Both the position numbers and the translations under genes were made by a program. Source: Acidimicrobiales bacterium (GTDB lineage: Bacteria > Actinomycetota > Acidimicrobiia > Acidimicrobiales > SZUA-35). Taken from it: a stretch of 64,000 nt of DNA. The notes beneath the pieces are model-generated. The model made no database searches, was not told where the DNA came from, and saw only the letters and a program-made list of their open reading frames with translations. Numbering within the stretch: position 1 is the first letter of the stretch; each line of letters begins with the position of its first letter. The DNA is taken from contig JANQPB010000026.1 of NCBI GenBank assembly GCA_028285495.1, positions 1 to 64,000 of the forward strand. Direction: 5' to 3'. Below are positions 38,871 to 48,382 of the stretch, in pieces.

Positions 38871-39323
38871 ATGGCCGCGGCCGGGATCGAGCTGCCGGAT
38901 GGCTACCCGCCCGGCGGCATGTACGTCCCGGCGGTGGTGTCTGGCAACCTCCTGCACGTCGGTGGTCACGGGCCGGTCCGCTCGGACGGCTCGACCATCG
39001 CCGGCAAGGTCGGCGACGACGTCGATCTCGACACCGCCAGGGAAGCGGCCCGCTTGACCGGGCTGCAGATCCTCCGCTCGGTCAGGGCCGAGCTCGGCTC
39101 GCTCGATCGGGTCGCCCGGGTCGTCAAGGTCTTCGGCATGGTCAACTGCGCGCCGGGCTTCAATCGGACGCCGGCGGTGATCGACGGGTGCTCGGCGCTG
39201 TTCCACGAGGTGTTCGGCGATGCCGGGATCCACACCCGCTCCGCCGTCGGGATGGCCGAGCTGCCCTTCGACATCGCCACCGAGATCGAGGCGGTCTTCG
39301 AGCTGGTGCCGGGCGACGGCTGA
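38871..39323 (+). CDS. RidA/YjgF family reactive-intermediate deaminase
   Basis: YjgF/chorismate-mutase-like fold motifs (GNLLHVGG, ..AxxVxxFxxVNCAP..R), 150 aa. Confidence 0.85.
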   Translation: MAAAGIELPDGYPPGGMYVPAVVSGNLLHVGGHGPVRSDGSTIAGKVGDDVDLDTAREAARLTGLQILRSVRAELGSLDRVARVVKVFGMVNCAPGFNRTPAVIDGCSALFHEVFGDAGIHTRSAVGMAELPFDIATEIEAVFELVPGDG

Positions 39324-39374
39324 GGTCGGACCGGCGCCCGGCCGGCGAGCCGGTGGCCCGCCACCGGCCGGCGA

Positions 39375-40376
39375 TCAGCCGGCGAGCGCGCCGAGGTCCT
39401 CGAGCGAGAACCCGAGCTCTGCCTCGGTGACGACCTCGTCGGCCGGCGGCGGGGCGATGCCCTGGTCGACGCCGTGGTCCCAGAGGTCGTAGACGACGGC
39501 CAGCCCGCCGACCTCCCCGACCTGGGCGCCGTCCGCCGCACCGCGCTCGTCGACGGCGAGCTCGAAGCGGTGGAGCAGATCGTCGTCGTCGATCCACAGG
39601 TCGAGCAGATAGCGGGCCTCGGTCGAGGCGCCGAGCTCGACCTCGAACGCGGCCCGCTGCTCGTCGCTCATCCGCTCGGCCAGGGCGGCGACATCGAGCG
39701 AAGCCCGGTGGTGGGTCGTCGTCACGCCCCGGACGTCCTCCCGGCCAACGATCTCGACGTCGGCCTCGGCCTCGGCCAGTCCCTCGAGCAGCGAGATCGG
39801 CGAGTCGGTCCCGCCGCCGACGCCGAAGTCGGCCGCCATCGAGCTCCCGGCGGCGTCGCTCTCGAGCCACGCATCGTCGACCCCGAACATGGCGAGCAGG
39901 CCCCACTTCACCCAGCTGGTGTCGCCGATCGTGATCATCCGCAGCGGCTCGTCGAGCAGGCCGGCGAACAGCTCGGCCATCGCCTCGGCGCCGTCGGCCT
40001 CCCCTGCGGTCGCGGCCGAGAGCAGGTCGCCGACGTCCATGGTGATCTCCGACGCATCGGCCTCGCGGTCGAACGCACCGGCGAGGGTCATCGTGAACGC
40101 ACCGGGGAGGTCGCCCCCGGCCTGCCCGCCGACGGTGATCGTCGCCTCGAAGCGGGCCGAGCTCATCGCCTCGGCCCGATCGAGGGCCCGTCCGAGCACG
40201 GCCGACCGGAGCGTCCCGGAGGCGGCGCCCCCCTCCACCGTGTCGTCGCCGTCAGACGCCGGGGTCCCGGCCCCGGAGGCCAACCGGTCGGCCGCTGTCT
40301 CGACGGTGTCGGGGTCGCCGCAGCCGGCCAGGAGCAGGCCGATGACGGCCAGCAGGATGATCGGTGTTCGCTTCAT
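39375..40376 (-). CDS. lipoprotein of unknown function
   Basis: MKRTPIILLAVIGLLLAGCGD signal peptide with lipobox; ATG at 40376; acidic, Ala/Asp-rich mature protein. Confidence 0.7.
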   Translation of the reverse strand: MKRTPIILLAVIGLLLAGCGDPDTVETAADRLASGAGTPASDGDDTVEGGAASGTLRSAVLGRALDRAEAMSSARFEATITVGGQAGGDLPGAFTMTLAGAFDREADASEITMDVGDLLSAATAGEADGAEAMAELFAGLLDEPLRMITIGDTSWVKWGLLAMFGVDDAWLESDAAGSSMAADFGVGGGTDSPISLLEGLAEAEADVEIVGREDVRGVTTTHHRASLDVAALAERMSDEQRAAFEVELGASTEARYLLDLWIDDDDLLHRFELAVDERGAADGAQVGEVGGLAVVYDLWDHGVDQGIAPPPADEVVTEAELGFSLEDLGALAG

Positions 40377-40610
40377 GGTCGCCCTCTCTTGAGGATGGGT
40401 TGCTCCGGTAGCTGTCGGCACGACACGAGCGGAACTGGACGGACTCGACCGGACCCGGTGGGAGGCGGGCGCCACCGGCCGGCGACGACGATGGTGGCCG
40501 CCCCTGGTCGCCCGACCGCGGTTCGACCGCTCGACCGGGGGCTGGCAGGCTTGCACGGTGCTCGACCTCACCCCGGCCCCTGCGCGACGTCCGACGGCCG
40601 ACGGGCGGCG

Positions 40611-41519
40611 ATGACCGCCGTCGCCGACGCCCGCACCGCCGATCCTCGCGGATTGCCGGCCGCCGCGCTGGCGATGGTCGGCTGGGCTGCGTCCGGGGTC
40701 ATCGCCAAGGGGATCGACGAGCTCGGCCCGCTTGCGGTCGTCTTCTGGCGGATGTGGATCTACGCCGCGATCGTGCTGGTGTTCCTCCAGCTCCGCGGTA
40801 CCCCGCTGCGGGGCTCGTCGATCCGGGCGTCGCTCGGCGGCGGCCTCTCCCTCGGGGCCGACATCATGCTGTTCTTCGTCTCGCTCCGGCTGACCACCGT
40901 GGCCAACGCAACCGTGATCGGATCGTGCCAGCCCGTGATCATGCTGCTCATCGCCGGCCGGCTGTTCGGCGAGCGGCCCCGCCGGGCCGACTGGGGCCTG
41001 GCCATGGTCGCCCTGGTCGGGGTGGCGATCGTCCTGTTCGGCTCGAGCGGACTACCGGAGTGGAGCCTCGCCGGCGACCTGCTGTCGGTGGTCACGGTCG
41101 TTGCCTGGACGCTCTACTTCGTGTTCTCCAAGCTGACCCGGGACACGATCGACTCGTCGCAGTACACGGGGGCGACGGCGCTGATCGCGGCGCTCGTCGC
41201 CACCCCGTTCGCCATCGGGTCAGGACAGGTCTTCGATGCGCCGTCGCCGACGGCCTGGCTGTGGCTCGGCATCCTGTCGATCGGCCCGGGCTTCACCTCG
41301 CACATGCTGATGAACTGGGCGTTCGGGCACATCCCGGCGTGGCTCGGCTCGACCCTGACGCTGGCCATCCCGGTCACCTCGACCCTGCTGGCCTGGGTCT
41401 TCCTCGGCGAGCCGGTCGTTGCCCTCCAGTTCGGCGGCATGGCCGTGGTGATCGTCGCCCTGGCCGCGCTGGTGACCGGCCAGTCCGGGGCGAGGTCGGC
41501 TGCGGCCGACGTCGGCTGA
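40611..41519 (+). CDS. EamA/DMT superfamily transporter
   Basis: 10-TM topology with duplicated EamA halves; ATG at 40611 (track ORF over-extended upstream by 379 codons). Confidence 0.85.
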   Translation: MTAVADARTADPRGLPAAALAMVGWAASGVIAKGIDELGPLAVVFWRMWIYAAIVLVFLQLRGTPLRGSSIRASLGGGLSLGADIMLFFVSLRLTTVANATVIGSCQPVIMLLIAGRLFGERPRRADWGLAMVALVGVAIVLFGSSGLPEWSLAGDLLSVVTVVAWTLYFVFSKLTRDTIDSSQYTGATALIAALVATPFAIGSGQVFDAPSPTAWLWLGILSIGPGFTSHMLMNWAFGHIPAWLGSTLTLAIPVTSTLLAWVFLGEPVVALQFGGMAVVIVALAALVTGQSGARSAAADVG

Positions 41520-41559
41520 CCGGGCGAGCGCGGCGAGCCGCCGACCCACGCGGCGGACC

Positions 41560-42201
41560 TCAGCCTCGGGTGCGGGCACCCCGTGGCGGCATGGTCTCCT
41601 CGGGGACCCCGAGCTCGTCGAGCCGCCGCCAGACCCGCTCGGCGACGCGTTCGACCCGCTCGAGCGGTGGATCGACGGCTCCGGCCTCGGCCCACGTCGC
41701 CAGCTCGCGGGCCAGACCGTCGAAGTCGACGGCCAACACCAGCAGCGGCACGGCCAGCCGCTCCTCCTGGTCGAGCGCCGAGATGCCGGCATAGCCGTCG
41801 ACGACCGGGCGCTCGTCGTGGCCGGCGGCGACGGCCCTGGCGATGTCGGCCAGGCGGATGTCGGGGACCGTTCGGACCGACCCGTCGCCCGACCCGATGG
41901 CGGCGTCGACGTCGATGGCACGAGTCGCGGGGTCGGGCAGCAGGCTGTGGGCCGGTCGGCGCTGCAGCGCCCTGGCCACGTGGTGAAGCGGCACATCGAG
42001 GCGGCGCATGGCCTGGAGCAGTGCGCCGACCCGGGCCGGATCGACCTGGGCCAGCCGCACCAGGGCCGAGCGGAGCGTCCAGTCACCCGTGTGGGGGGCC
42101 TCGGCGTAGTTGAGCAGCGAGCGGATCTCGTCGACCCCGTCCGGGCGGCCCAGTGCCTCGTGGCGTTCGGCCAACCGGCGACCGACCTCGCGAGCGTCCA
42201 T
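41560..42201 (-). CDS. hypothetical protein
   Basis: Protein-like composition from internal ATG 42201; embedded inside a 750-aa antisense-type ORF that is rejected. Confidence 0.5.
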   Translation of the reverse strand: MDAREVGRRLAERHEALGRPDGVDEIRSLLNYAEAPHTGDWTLRSALVRLAQVDPARVGALLQAMRRLDVPLHHVARALQRRPAHSLLPDPATRAIDVDAAIGSGDGSVRTVPDIRLADIARAVAAGHDERPVVDGYAGISALDQEERLAVPLLVLAVDFDGLARELATWAEAGAVDPPLERVERVAERVWRRLDELGVPEETMPPRGARTRG

Positions 42202-42263
42202 GGGGTCACAGGGTAGACACGGCGTCGACGCCACGGAGCCGTCAGGCGGAGAGGACCGGGCCG

Positions 42264-42515
42264 ATGAGCGGCGGAACCAGCGATCCGAGCGAGCACTTCC
42301 CGCCCGAGATCCGGGCCCTGCCGGCCTTCGACGGCCCGTTCGACGCCTTCAGGCTGGCCGCCGATGGCTGCGAGGTCCTGTTCGCCACCTGCCCGGCCGG
42401 CCCGTCGATCGAGCCGCATCGGCACCCGACCGACGACGTCGGGGTGATCACCCGGGGGCGCCCCGTCCTGACGATGGACGGCGAGGCGACCACCGACGGC
42501 CCGGGCGAGTGGTAG
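42264..42515 (+). pseudogene. cupin-domain protein interrupted by in-frame TAG (reading frame continues ..GEW*HVPAGAE..EFWFEAGD)
   Basis: Cupin motif 1 EPHRHPTDDVGVITRG and motif 2 PAGAEHA-like split by amber codon at 42516-42518; GGAGAGGA SD before ATG 42264. Confidence 0.45.
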
Positions 42516-42793
42516 CACGTGCCGGCCGGGGCCGAGCGCGCCGCCGACGTCGAGATCGACAGCGCCGAGACCGAGTTCTGGTTCGAGGCCGGCGACCGCC
42601 CGGCCGCCTCCGGTCCTGGCCCCGACCCACCTGGTCCGGGACGGCACGGTCCTCAACGTGTGGAGCCGGTACGAGCCGCTGATCGCGCTGGAGGAGGCCC
42701 GCCGAGCCCGAGGCCTGCGGGCCCTGCTCGGTGCGTCGGCCGACCTCGGCGGCGCCCCGACCGCCACGACGGTGGCGGAGATGCGAGCCGGGC

Positions 42794-45037
42794 TCAGGGC
42801 CCGACCAGCAGGTCGTGCAGGTGGTCGAGCAGGTCGAACGCCGCGTTCCGGGCGACCGGCGGTGCGCCGAAGCTGAAGAAGAAGGCGCCGCGGGCCCCGG
42901 CCGCCGGCGTTGCGTCGGCCAGCGGTGTGCCGTCGGCGACGGCGAACGCAACCGGATCGGTGCCGTCCATGCCGCCGGGGGCGTTGGCGACGATCTGGGC
43001 GCCGGCGATGGCGTCGCCCGAGGCCAGCGGCCGAGGGGCCGTCAGCACGCTCACGTACCCGGTCGACCCGAAGGTCGGATCCACGACGACGACGTTCGTC
43101 GTGGCCGCCAGCTGCCCACCGGTGGTGGCGATGCCGAGGTCGTCGAACAGGTAGCCCTCGGTGGCCAGGATCGGCGTGGTGACGTCGTTGAGGCTGGACC
43201 CGACCTTGGTCGGTACCACCGACGACGAGACCAGCACGAAGTCCGCGTCGTCGAGCCCGGCGATGGCGGCGGCGTCGAGATCGTCGTCGTCGAGCACCGT
43301 CACCGCGTAGCCGAGGTCGAGCAACCAGTCGCGCAGCGGGCGGTCGGCCCGGACCAGCGGGTCCTGGCCGGCGACCATCACGGCCATCGGCGTCTCGTCG
43401 ATCTCCACCGCCCCGACCTCGCAGGCCGGGCCCTGGGGGCGGCCGGTGCCCCGCTGGTCGACGCCCGTGCACAGCGGACCGCTGACAACGCCGATCAGCG
43501 GGCTGCCGTCCTGGGGCAACCGGGTCGGCGTCGGACCGCCGTTGTCCGCGAGCGGGTCGAGGAGCGGGTTGCCGGCCGGGGCGACGTCGCCGGTCCCGCC
43601 GCCGAAGCCGCAGGTCAGGTCGTCGGCCTGGTTGAACCCGAGACTGGAGACCGCTCCGGTGGCGACGCAGTTGGCTCCCCCGCCGGCCGGCAGGGCGACC
43701 ACCGAGGCCGTGGCGGTCAGCTCGTTCGCCCCGACATCGAGGTTGGCCCCGGTTGCCGCCGAGTTGTCGACGAGGGTCACGAACGACAGGTCGAGATCGG
43801 CCGAGATCGTGCGGATCCCGCCGCCAGACGAGCCGGCGCCGGCCTCGTTGTCGGTGATCGTCGAGTTCTCGACGGTGAGGGTGGGGACGGGGCCGTCCTG
43901 CGCCTCCAGCTCGACCCCGCCGGCGTTGGGCCCGAACGGTCCGCTGCCGCCGGTGTTGTCGGCGACGGTCGAGCCGGTGATCGTCATCGTCGGCCCGACG
44001 ACGTTGGTCTGCATCGACACGCCGGTCCCCTCGTTGAGCTGGACGATCGAGTCGGTGACCTCCAGGTCGGTGCAGAACGAGCAGCGCAGGCCGCCGGTGA
44101 GGTTGGCCACGATCCGGCTGTCGTCGACGATGAGGGCCTGGCCGGAGTCGGCGTTGCCGGTGTTGCGGAGGCCGTAGCCGCCGTTGCCGCCGGCGACCAC
44201 GTCGGTCGCGTTAATGGCGGCGTCGATGCCGGCGACGCCGTGCTGGCCATTGTCGATCAACGAGGTGTCGCTGATGTCGAGCGTGCCGAACGAGATGGCG
44301 ATGCCGTGCACGGCGCTGTCGGCGAACAGCGATCCGCTGACGATCGCGTCGCTGACCCGGGCCCTGGCCCCGGAGGGCTGGTTCACCAGGAACGTCGAGT
44401 CGATGATCGTGAGCCGGTTGCCCGGGCTGACGACGTCGTCGCTCGTGCCGACGACGACCGCCGCGTCCTGGGCCCCGAGGTCGCTGAACGAATCGGTGAC
44501 CGTCACCCCGGTGAGGGTGGCGCCGCCGAGCGAGAAGACGTTGGTACCGGCGTCGGGCGGGTCGTCGCCGCCACGGACCGTCAGCTGCTCGAGGAACAGG
44601 CGTGACCCGGCGTCGTGGTTGTCGATCACCCGGTCGAACTCGCAGGTGTTGACGATCTCGGAGCCGTTGCCCTCGATCGTCAGATCGTTGGCCTCGGTGT
44701 GGTCGAGGTCGCCGTCGGCGTTCAGGTCGTCATCGTCGGGTGGGCGGAAGAAGCCGCTCATGCCGATCTCGACCGGCATCTTGACCACGCAATCGTCGAG
44801 CTCGTAGGTCAGGCCGGCGCCGAGCTGGATCACGGTGTCGTCGCCGTCGCTGTTGGCCGAGCCGAACGCCTCCCGCAGCGAGGTGACGCCGTCGGCGGCG
44901 ACCGTGTCGGCGGTGGTGGTGACCACGACGACGGTGGCCGCAGACGACGGACTGCCGACGCCGGCGACGAGACCGGCGACGACCGCAAGGGCGACCAGGA
45001 CCCGCAGCGGGGTCGTCTTCGGGATGCTCGAAACCAT
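42794..45037 (-). CDS. secreted right-handed parallel beta-helix repeat protein with N-terminal CSLREA (choice-of-anchor Q) motif
   Basis: Signal peptide, DGVTSLREA motif, dozens of Gly/Asn/Thr/Asp-rich beta-helix rungs (IxNSTxxxNxAxxGGG..), 740 aa. Confidence 0.8.
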   Translation of the reverse strand: MVSSIPKTTPLRVLVALAVVAGLVAGVGSPSSAATVVVVTTTADTVAADGVTSLREAFGSANSDGDDTVIQLGAGLTYELDDCVVKMPVEIGMSGFFRPPDDDDLNADGDLDHTEANDLTIEGNGSEIVNTCEFDRVIDNHDAGSRLFLEQLTVRGGDDPPDAGTNVFSLGGATLTGVTVTDSFSDLGAQDAAVVVGTSDDVVSPGNRLTIIDSTFLVNQPSGARARVSDAIVSGSLFADSAVHGIAISFGTLDISDTSLIDNGQHGVAGIDAAINATDVVAGGNGGYGLRNTGNADSGQALIVDDSRIVANLTGGLRCSFCTDLEVTDSIVQLNEGTGVSMQTNVVGPTMTITGSTVADNTGGSGPFGPNAGGVELEAQDGPVPTLTVENSTITDNEAGAGSSGGGIRTISADLDLSFVTLVDNSAATGANLDVGANELTATASVVALPAGGGANCVATGAVSSLGFNQADDLTCGFGGGTGDVAPAGNPLLDPLADNGGPTPTRLPQDGSPLIGVVSGPLCTGVDQRGTGRPQGPACEVGAVEIDETPMAVMVAGQDPLVRADRPLRDWLLDLGYAVTVLDDDDLDAAAIAGLDDADFVLVSSSVVPTKVGSSLNDVTTPILATEGYLFDDLGIATTGGQLAATTNVVVVDPTFGSTGYVSVLTAPRPLASGDAIAGAQIVANAPGGMDGTDPVAFAVADGTPLADATPAAGARGAFFFSFGAPPVARNAAFDLLDHLHDLLVGP

Positions 45038-45156
45038 GGACGTTCCCTCCAAGCAGACTCCTGCGTGAGCATAGTTCGACGCCCGGGGCCGACGGACCGA
45101 CGACGGGATCGGAATCCGGGGTCGCCGTCCGGGCCCGCTGCTACGTTCGAGTCCCG

Positions 45157-45885
45157 ATGCGCAGGCGTGGACCCGCTGGCTACTACGAGTGGCTCGACTT
45201 CAACAGCCCGATGACCGACGAGACGGCGAACCGGCTCGTGGCCAGGCTGGCCGCGGGGGAACCGAGACGCATCCTCGACATCGGGTGCGGCTGGGGCGAG
45301 CTGCTGCTCCGGTTGCTCGATGCGTGCCAACGGGCGACCGGCCACGGCATCGATCGCGATGGCGTGCTCATCGACCGGGCGCTGGCCAACGCGTCGGCTC
45401 GCCGGTTGCGGGACCGGGTGACGTTCTCGGCCGAGCTCGCCGACGCCGAGCCGGCCGACCTGGTTCTGACCGTCGGGGCCGAGCACGCCATCGGCACGCT
45501 CGACGAGGCCATGGCCCACCTGTGGACGCTGGTCGAGCCATGCGGGCGGCTGTTGCTCGGCACGGCGTTCTGGGAGCGACCGCCCGGCCCGGAGCAGCTG
45601 GAGGTCTTCGGTCCGCTCCCCCGGCTCGACGAGCTGGTCGACCGTACCGTGGCGGCCGGATGGCGGCCGCTCGACCTCCAGGTGGCGACCATGGCCGACT
45701 GGGACCGCTTCGAATTCGGCTACCTGCGCAACTGGGAGCAGGTGGTCATGGCCGCAACCGATCCGGAGGCGGCGGACGAGGCACGCTCGGCCGCCGACGC
45801 CCATCGAGCCGGCTATCTCACTCGACGGGGGGTGCTCGGGTTCGCCTACCTGACCCTCGGCCGTCCGGCCGAGCCGTCCAGGTAG
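45157..45885 (+). CDS. class I SAM-dependent methyltransferase
   Basis: Motif I ILDIGCGWGELL, motif post-I GIDRD; 242 aa. Confidence 0.85.
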   Translation: MRRRGPAGYYEWLDFNSPMTDETANRLVARLAAGEPRRILDIGCGWGELLLRLLDACQRATGHGIDRDGVLIDRALANASARRLRDRVTFSAELADAEPADLVLTVGAEHAIGTLDEAMAHLWTLVEPCGRLLLGTAFWERPPGPEQLEVFGPLPRLDELVDRTVAAGWRPLDLQVATMADWDRFEFGYLRNWEQVVMAATDPEAADEARSAADAHRAGYLTRRGVLGFAYLTLGRPAEPSR

Positions 45886-45937
45886 ACCACGGCCTGCCCG
45901 CTGCGGTCACCACACCGGCCGGCCGGCCCGTCGCTGG

Positions 45938-46786
45938 TCAGCTGCGGAACCAGGCGTCCTCCCGCTCGAATCGGGCGGCATTCCAGGCCAGCGCTGCGTT
46001 GAGGCCCTCCTCGGCCCGAAGCTTCTCGAAGTGGGCGATCTCCTCGGATGACCGGGGGCTGGTCAGTGCGATCGCCTCGAGCTCCATGGACCGTTCGATG
46101 ACCTGCCGGACCCCCATCAGCTCGTACGCCATGTTGATCAGCTTCTTGTTGTACTCGACGGTCGGCGGGGGCAGCTTGGCGATGGTCTCCGCCTGGAGGC
46201 GCACGGCGTCGTCGAGCTCGTCGGCGGCGACGACCTGGTTGACGAGGTCGAGTCGCTTGGCCTCGGCGGCGTCGATGAGGTTCCCGGTGTAGAGCAACTC
46301 GCGGGCCTTGGTCATCCCGACGACCCACGGCCAGACGGCGGGGATGTACGGACCACCGGTCCGAATCTCCGGTGCACCGAAGCGGGCGTCATCGGAACAG
46401 ATGCGGAGGTCGCAGAACGTCGCCGTCGCCAGCCCGCCGGCGATGCAGTAGCCCTGGATCTGGGCGATGATCGGCTTCGGGTTGTTCCAGAACACATCCC
46501 ACCAGCTGGAGGCGCTGAAGCCCTTCCCCTTCAGGAAGCCGGCTCGCATCTCGACCGCCTCGGGCCGCCCGTCGGCGCCGGAGATGTCGAACCCGGCGCT
46601 GAACGCGCGCCCTGCGGCCTTCAACACGATGACCCGGATGTCGTCGTCGGCCCAACCGGCGTCCTCGAGGGCATCGCGGACCTCGAGCTGCAGGTCGTCG
46701 GACAGTGCGTTCAGCTTCTCCGGCCGGTTCAGGGTGACGACGGCCATCGGCCCGTCCTTCTCGTACAGGATCGTCTCGTAGGACAT
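45938..46786 (-). CDS. enoyl-CoA hydratase/isomerase (crotonase) family protein
   Basis: VTLNRPEKLNAL, FSAGFDI, oxyanion-hole GxCIAGG-type (QGYCIAGG); ATG at 46786. Confidence 0.9.
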   Translation of the reverse strand: MSYETILYEKDGPMAVVTLNRPEKLNALSDDLQLEVRDALEDAGWADDDIRVIVLKAAGRAFSAGFDISGADGRPEAVEMRAGFLKGKGFSASSWWDVFWNNPKPIIAQIQGYCIAGGLATATFCDLRICSDDARFGAPEIRTGGPYIPAVWPWVVGMTKARELLYTGNLIDAAEAKRLDLVNQVVAADELDDAVRLQAETIAKLPPPTVEYNKKLINMAYELMGVRQVIERSMELEAIALTSPRSSEEIAHFEKLRAEEGLNAALAWNAARFEREDAWFRS

Positions 46787-47166
46787 GGTCGTCAGCTCCG
46801 TTGTCGCGGTGTCGCCGACGCTACGTGAGGTCGAGGCCGGGAGCCAGACAACGATGGCGGCCGGGACCGGGCCGGCGACCGGGCACCGGCCGCTCGGTCG
46901 AACGCGATGCGGGTCGTTCCGACGCTCGACCAGCTTCGTCAGCTCCCGGACGGCCAACCTGCCGGTGGGGGCCGGGCCGCGGCCGCCGACGCCGCCGCGT
47001 CGCCTCCTGTCGTGCCGACGTGGCCATCCCGGCCGACCGGGTTGAGCGACCACGTTCCACCACCGGCCGAGCGCCGGCCCCTGCCTCCACACCACCGGTG
47101 TGCTCCACCGGCGAGCGCTCCCCTACCCTTGACCGACATCACGGCAACGGACGGGGATGCGAGCTG

Positions 47167-47448
47167 ATGTCCGAGGACTTCTCCGCTGACGAGAAGGCAC
47201 GAATGATCGAGCACATGAACGACGATCACCTCGATGCGTGCCTGCTGTATGCGCAGCACTACCTGGGTATCGGTTCGGCGACGTCGGCCTCGATGACCGA
47301 CATCACCCGCTCGACGATGACGCTCGACATCGAGTCGGGCGACGGGACCAGCCGGACCGAGACCTATGCGTTCGAGCGCCAGCTGACCTCGGTCGAGGAC
47401 GCAGCACTGTTCCTGGCCCGGATGGTGGACGACCTCGACGACGCCTGA
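47167..47448 (+). CDS. DUF2470 domain protein (HugZ C-terminal-like)
   Basis: MIEHMNDDHLDACLLYAQHY.. matches DUF2470 core; 93 aa; ATG at 47167 in ORF-track frame. Confidence 0.6.
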   Translation: MSEDFSADEKARMIEHMNDDHLDACLLYAQHYLGIGSATSASMTDITRSTMTLDIESGDGTSRTETYAFERQLTSVEDAALFLARMVDDLDDA

Positions 47449-47487
47449 GGCGACCGCACCTCGTCGCCCGGTCGCCGCAGCGGGCTC

Positions 47488-47910
47488 TCAGCTGCCGTAG
47501 TCCCAGGAGATGCGCCGTTCGACCGCGACCTCGATGTAGGCCGACCCAGGGCGGGCCGCCGTCGGCAGGTCTCCATCGGGAACGCCCCGGCGCGACGCGC
47601 CCTTCCGCATCAGCGCCAGCACCGTGTCCTCGTCTCGGTGCACGGTGGCCGTTCCCTGGATCATCGCACCCTTGATGTCCGACATCGTCGAGCCGGACTC
47701 GACCATCAGCGAGACCTTCGGGTTCTGCTCGATGTTCCTGATCTTGGTCGTACCGTCGACGCAACCGCAGTAGACCCGGTCGCCGTCGCGGAAGTAGCCG
47801 AGCGGCACGCTGTGCGGATAGCCGTCCGGGGTGATCGTGCTGAGGACGATCCACCCGGGCTTGTCGTCGAGGAAGTCGTCGAATGCGTCGCGGTCGAGTG
47901 GTCCCGGCAT
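47488..47910 (-). CDS. PPOX-class F420-dependent (pyridoxamine 5'-phosphate oxidase-like) enzyme
   Basis: Split-barrel FMN/F420-binding fold motifs (GWIVLSTITPDGYPHSVPLGYF..DGDRVY); ATG at 47910. Confidence 0.8.
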   Translation of the reverse strand: MPGPLDRDAFDDFLDDKPGWIVLSTITPDGYPHSVPLGYFRDGDRVYCGCVDGTTKIRNIEQNPKVSLMVESGSTMSDIKGAMIQGTATVHRDEDTVLALMRKGASRRGVPDGDLPTAARPGSAYIEVAVERRISWDYGS

Positions 47911-48166
47911 GCTGCTCCTCGATGGTTCGGGCGATCGGGCATCGTGTGATCGGGCCTCGCCGGCTCGACCGGCTGCGGCCCCAAGGGGCCCAATCCTGCC
48001 GCACGCCGCACGTCGCAAGCCACCCCGCAACGGGCCCGGTGGCCGACGGATCGGGGTGACGGTCCGGGCGAGGATTCGCGATTCACCCTGGGCGATGGCC
48101 GCCCTCCCGGGCGCGCTCACCCAGGGGTGCTCGATACTGAGCCCGATCGCCAGGTTCGGAGGAGAG

Positions 48167-48361
48167 ATGGTGCGGTATCGGATTGTCGTCGAGGGACCGG
48201 TCGGGAGTCGTGTCGTCGCCGTGTTCGCCGATCTGGTGGCGGAGATCGAGGACGGGCGCACGGTGCTGGTCGGGCCCGTCAAGGACCAGGCGCAGTTGCA
48301 CGGCATCCTCGCCCTGATCCGGGATCTCAACGCGCCGCTGGTCGCCGTCGAGCGCCGCTGA
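48167..48361 (+). CDS. small hypothetical protein (64 aa)
   Basis: GGAGGAG SD 5 nt before ATG 48167; compact hydrophobic/charged composition; convergent with LuxR regulator. Confidence 0.45.
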   Translation: MVRYRIVVEGPVGSRVVAVFADLVAEIEDGRTVLVGPVKDQAQLHGILALIRDLNAPLVAVERR

Positions 48362-48382
48362 GCGGTCGTGGTCGGGTCGCGG

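Noticed and set aside
41220-43472. 750-aa minus-strand ORF spanning several genes
   Set aside because: It overlaps the EamA transporter, the hypothetical and the cupin genes. Only the segment 41560..42201 is protein-like, and the rest is Arg/Pro/Gly-rich frame noise.
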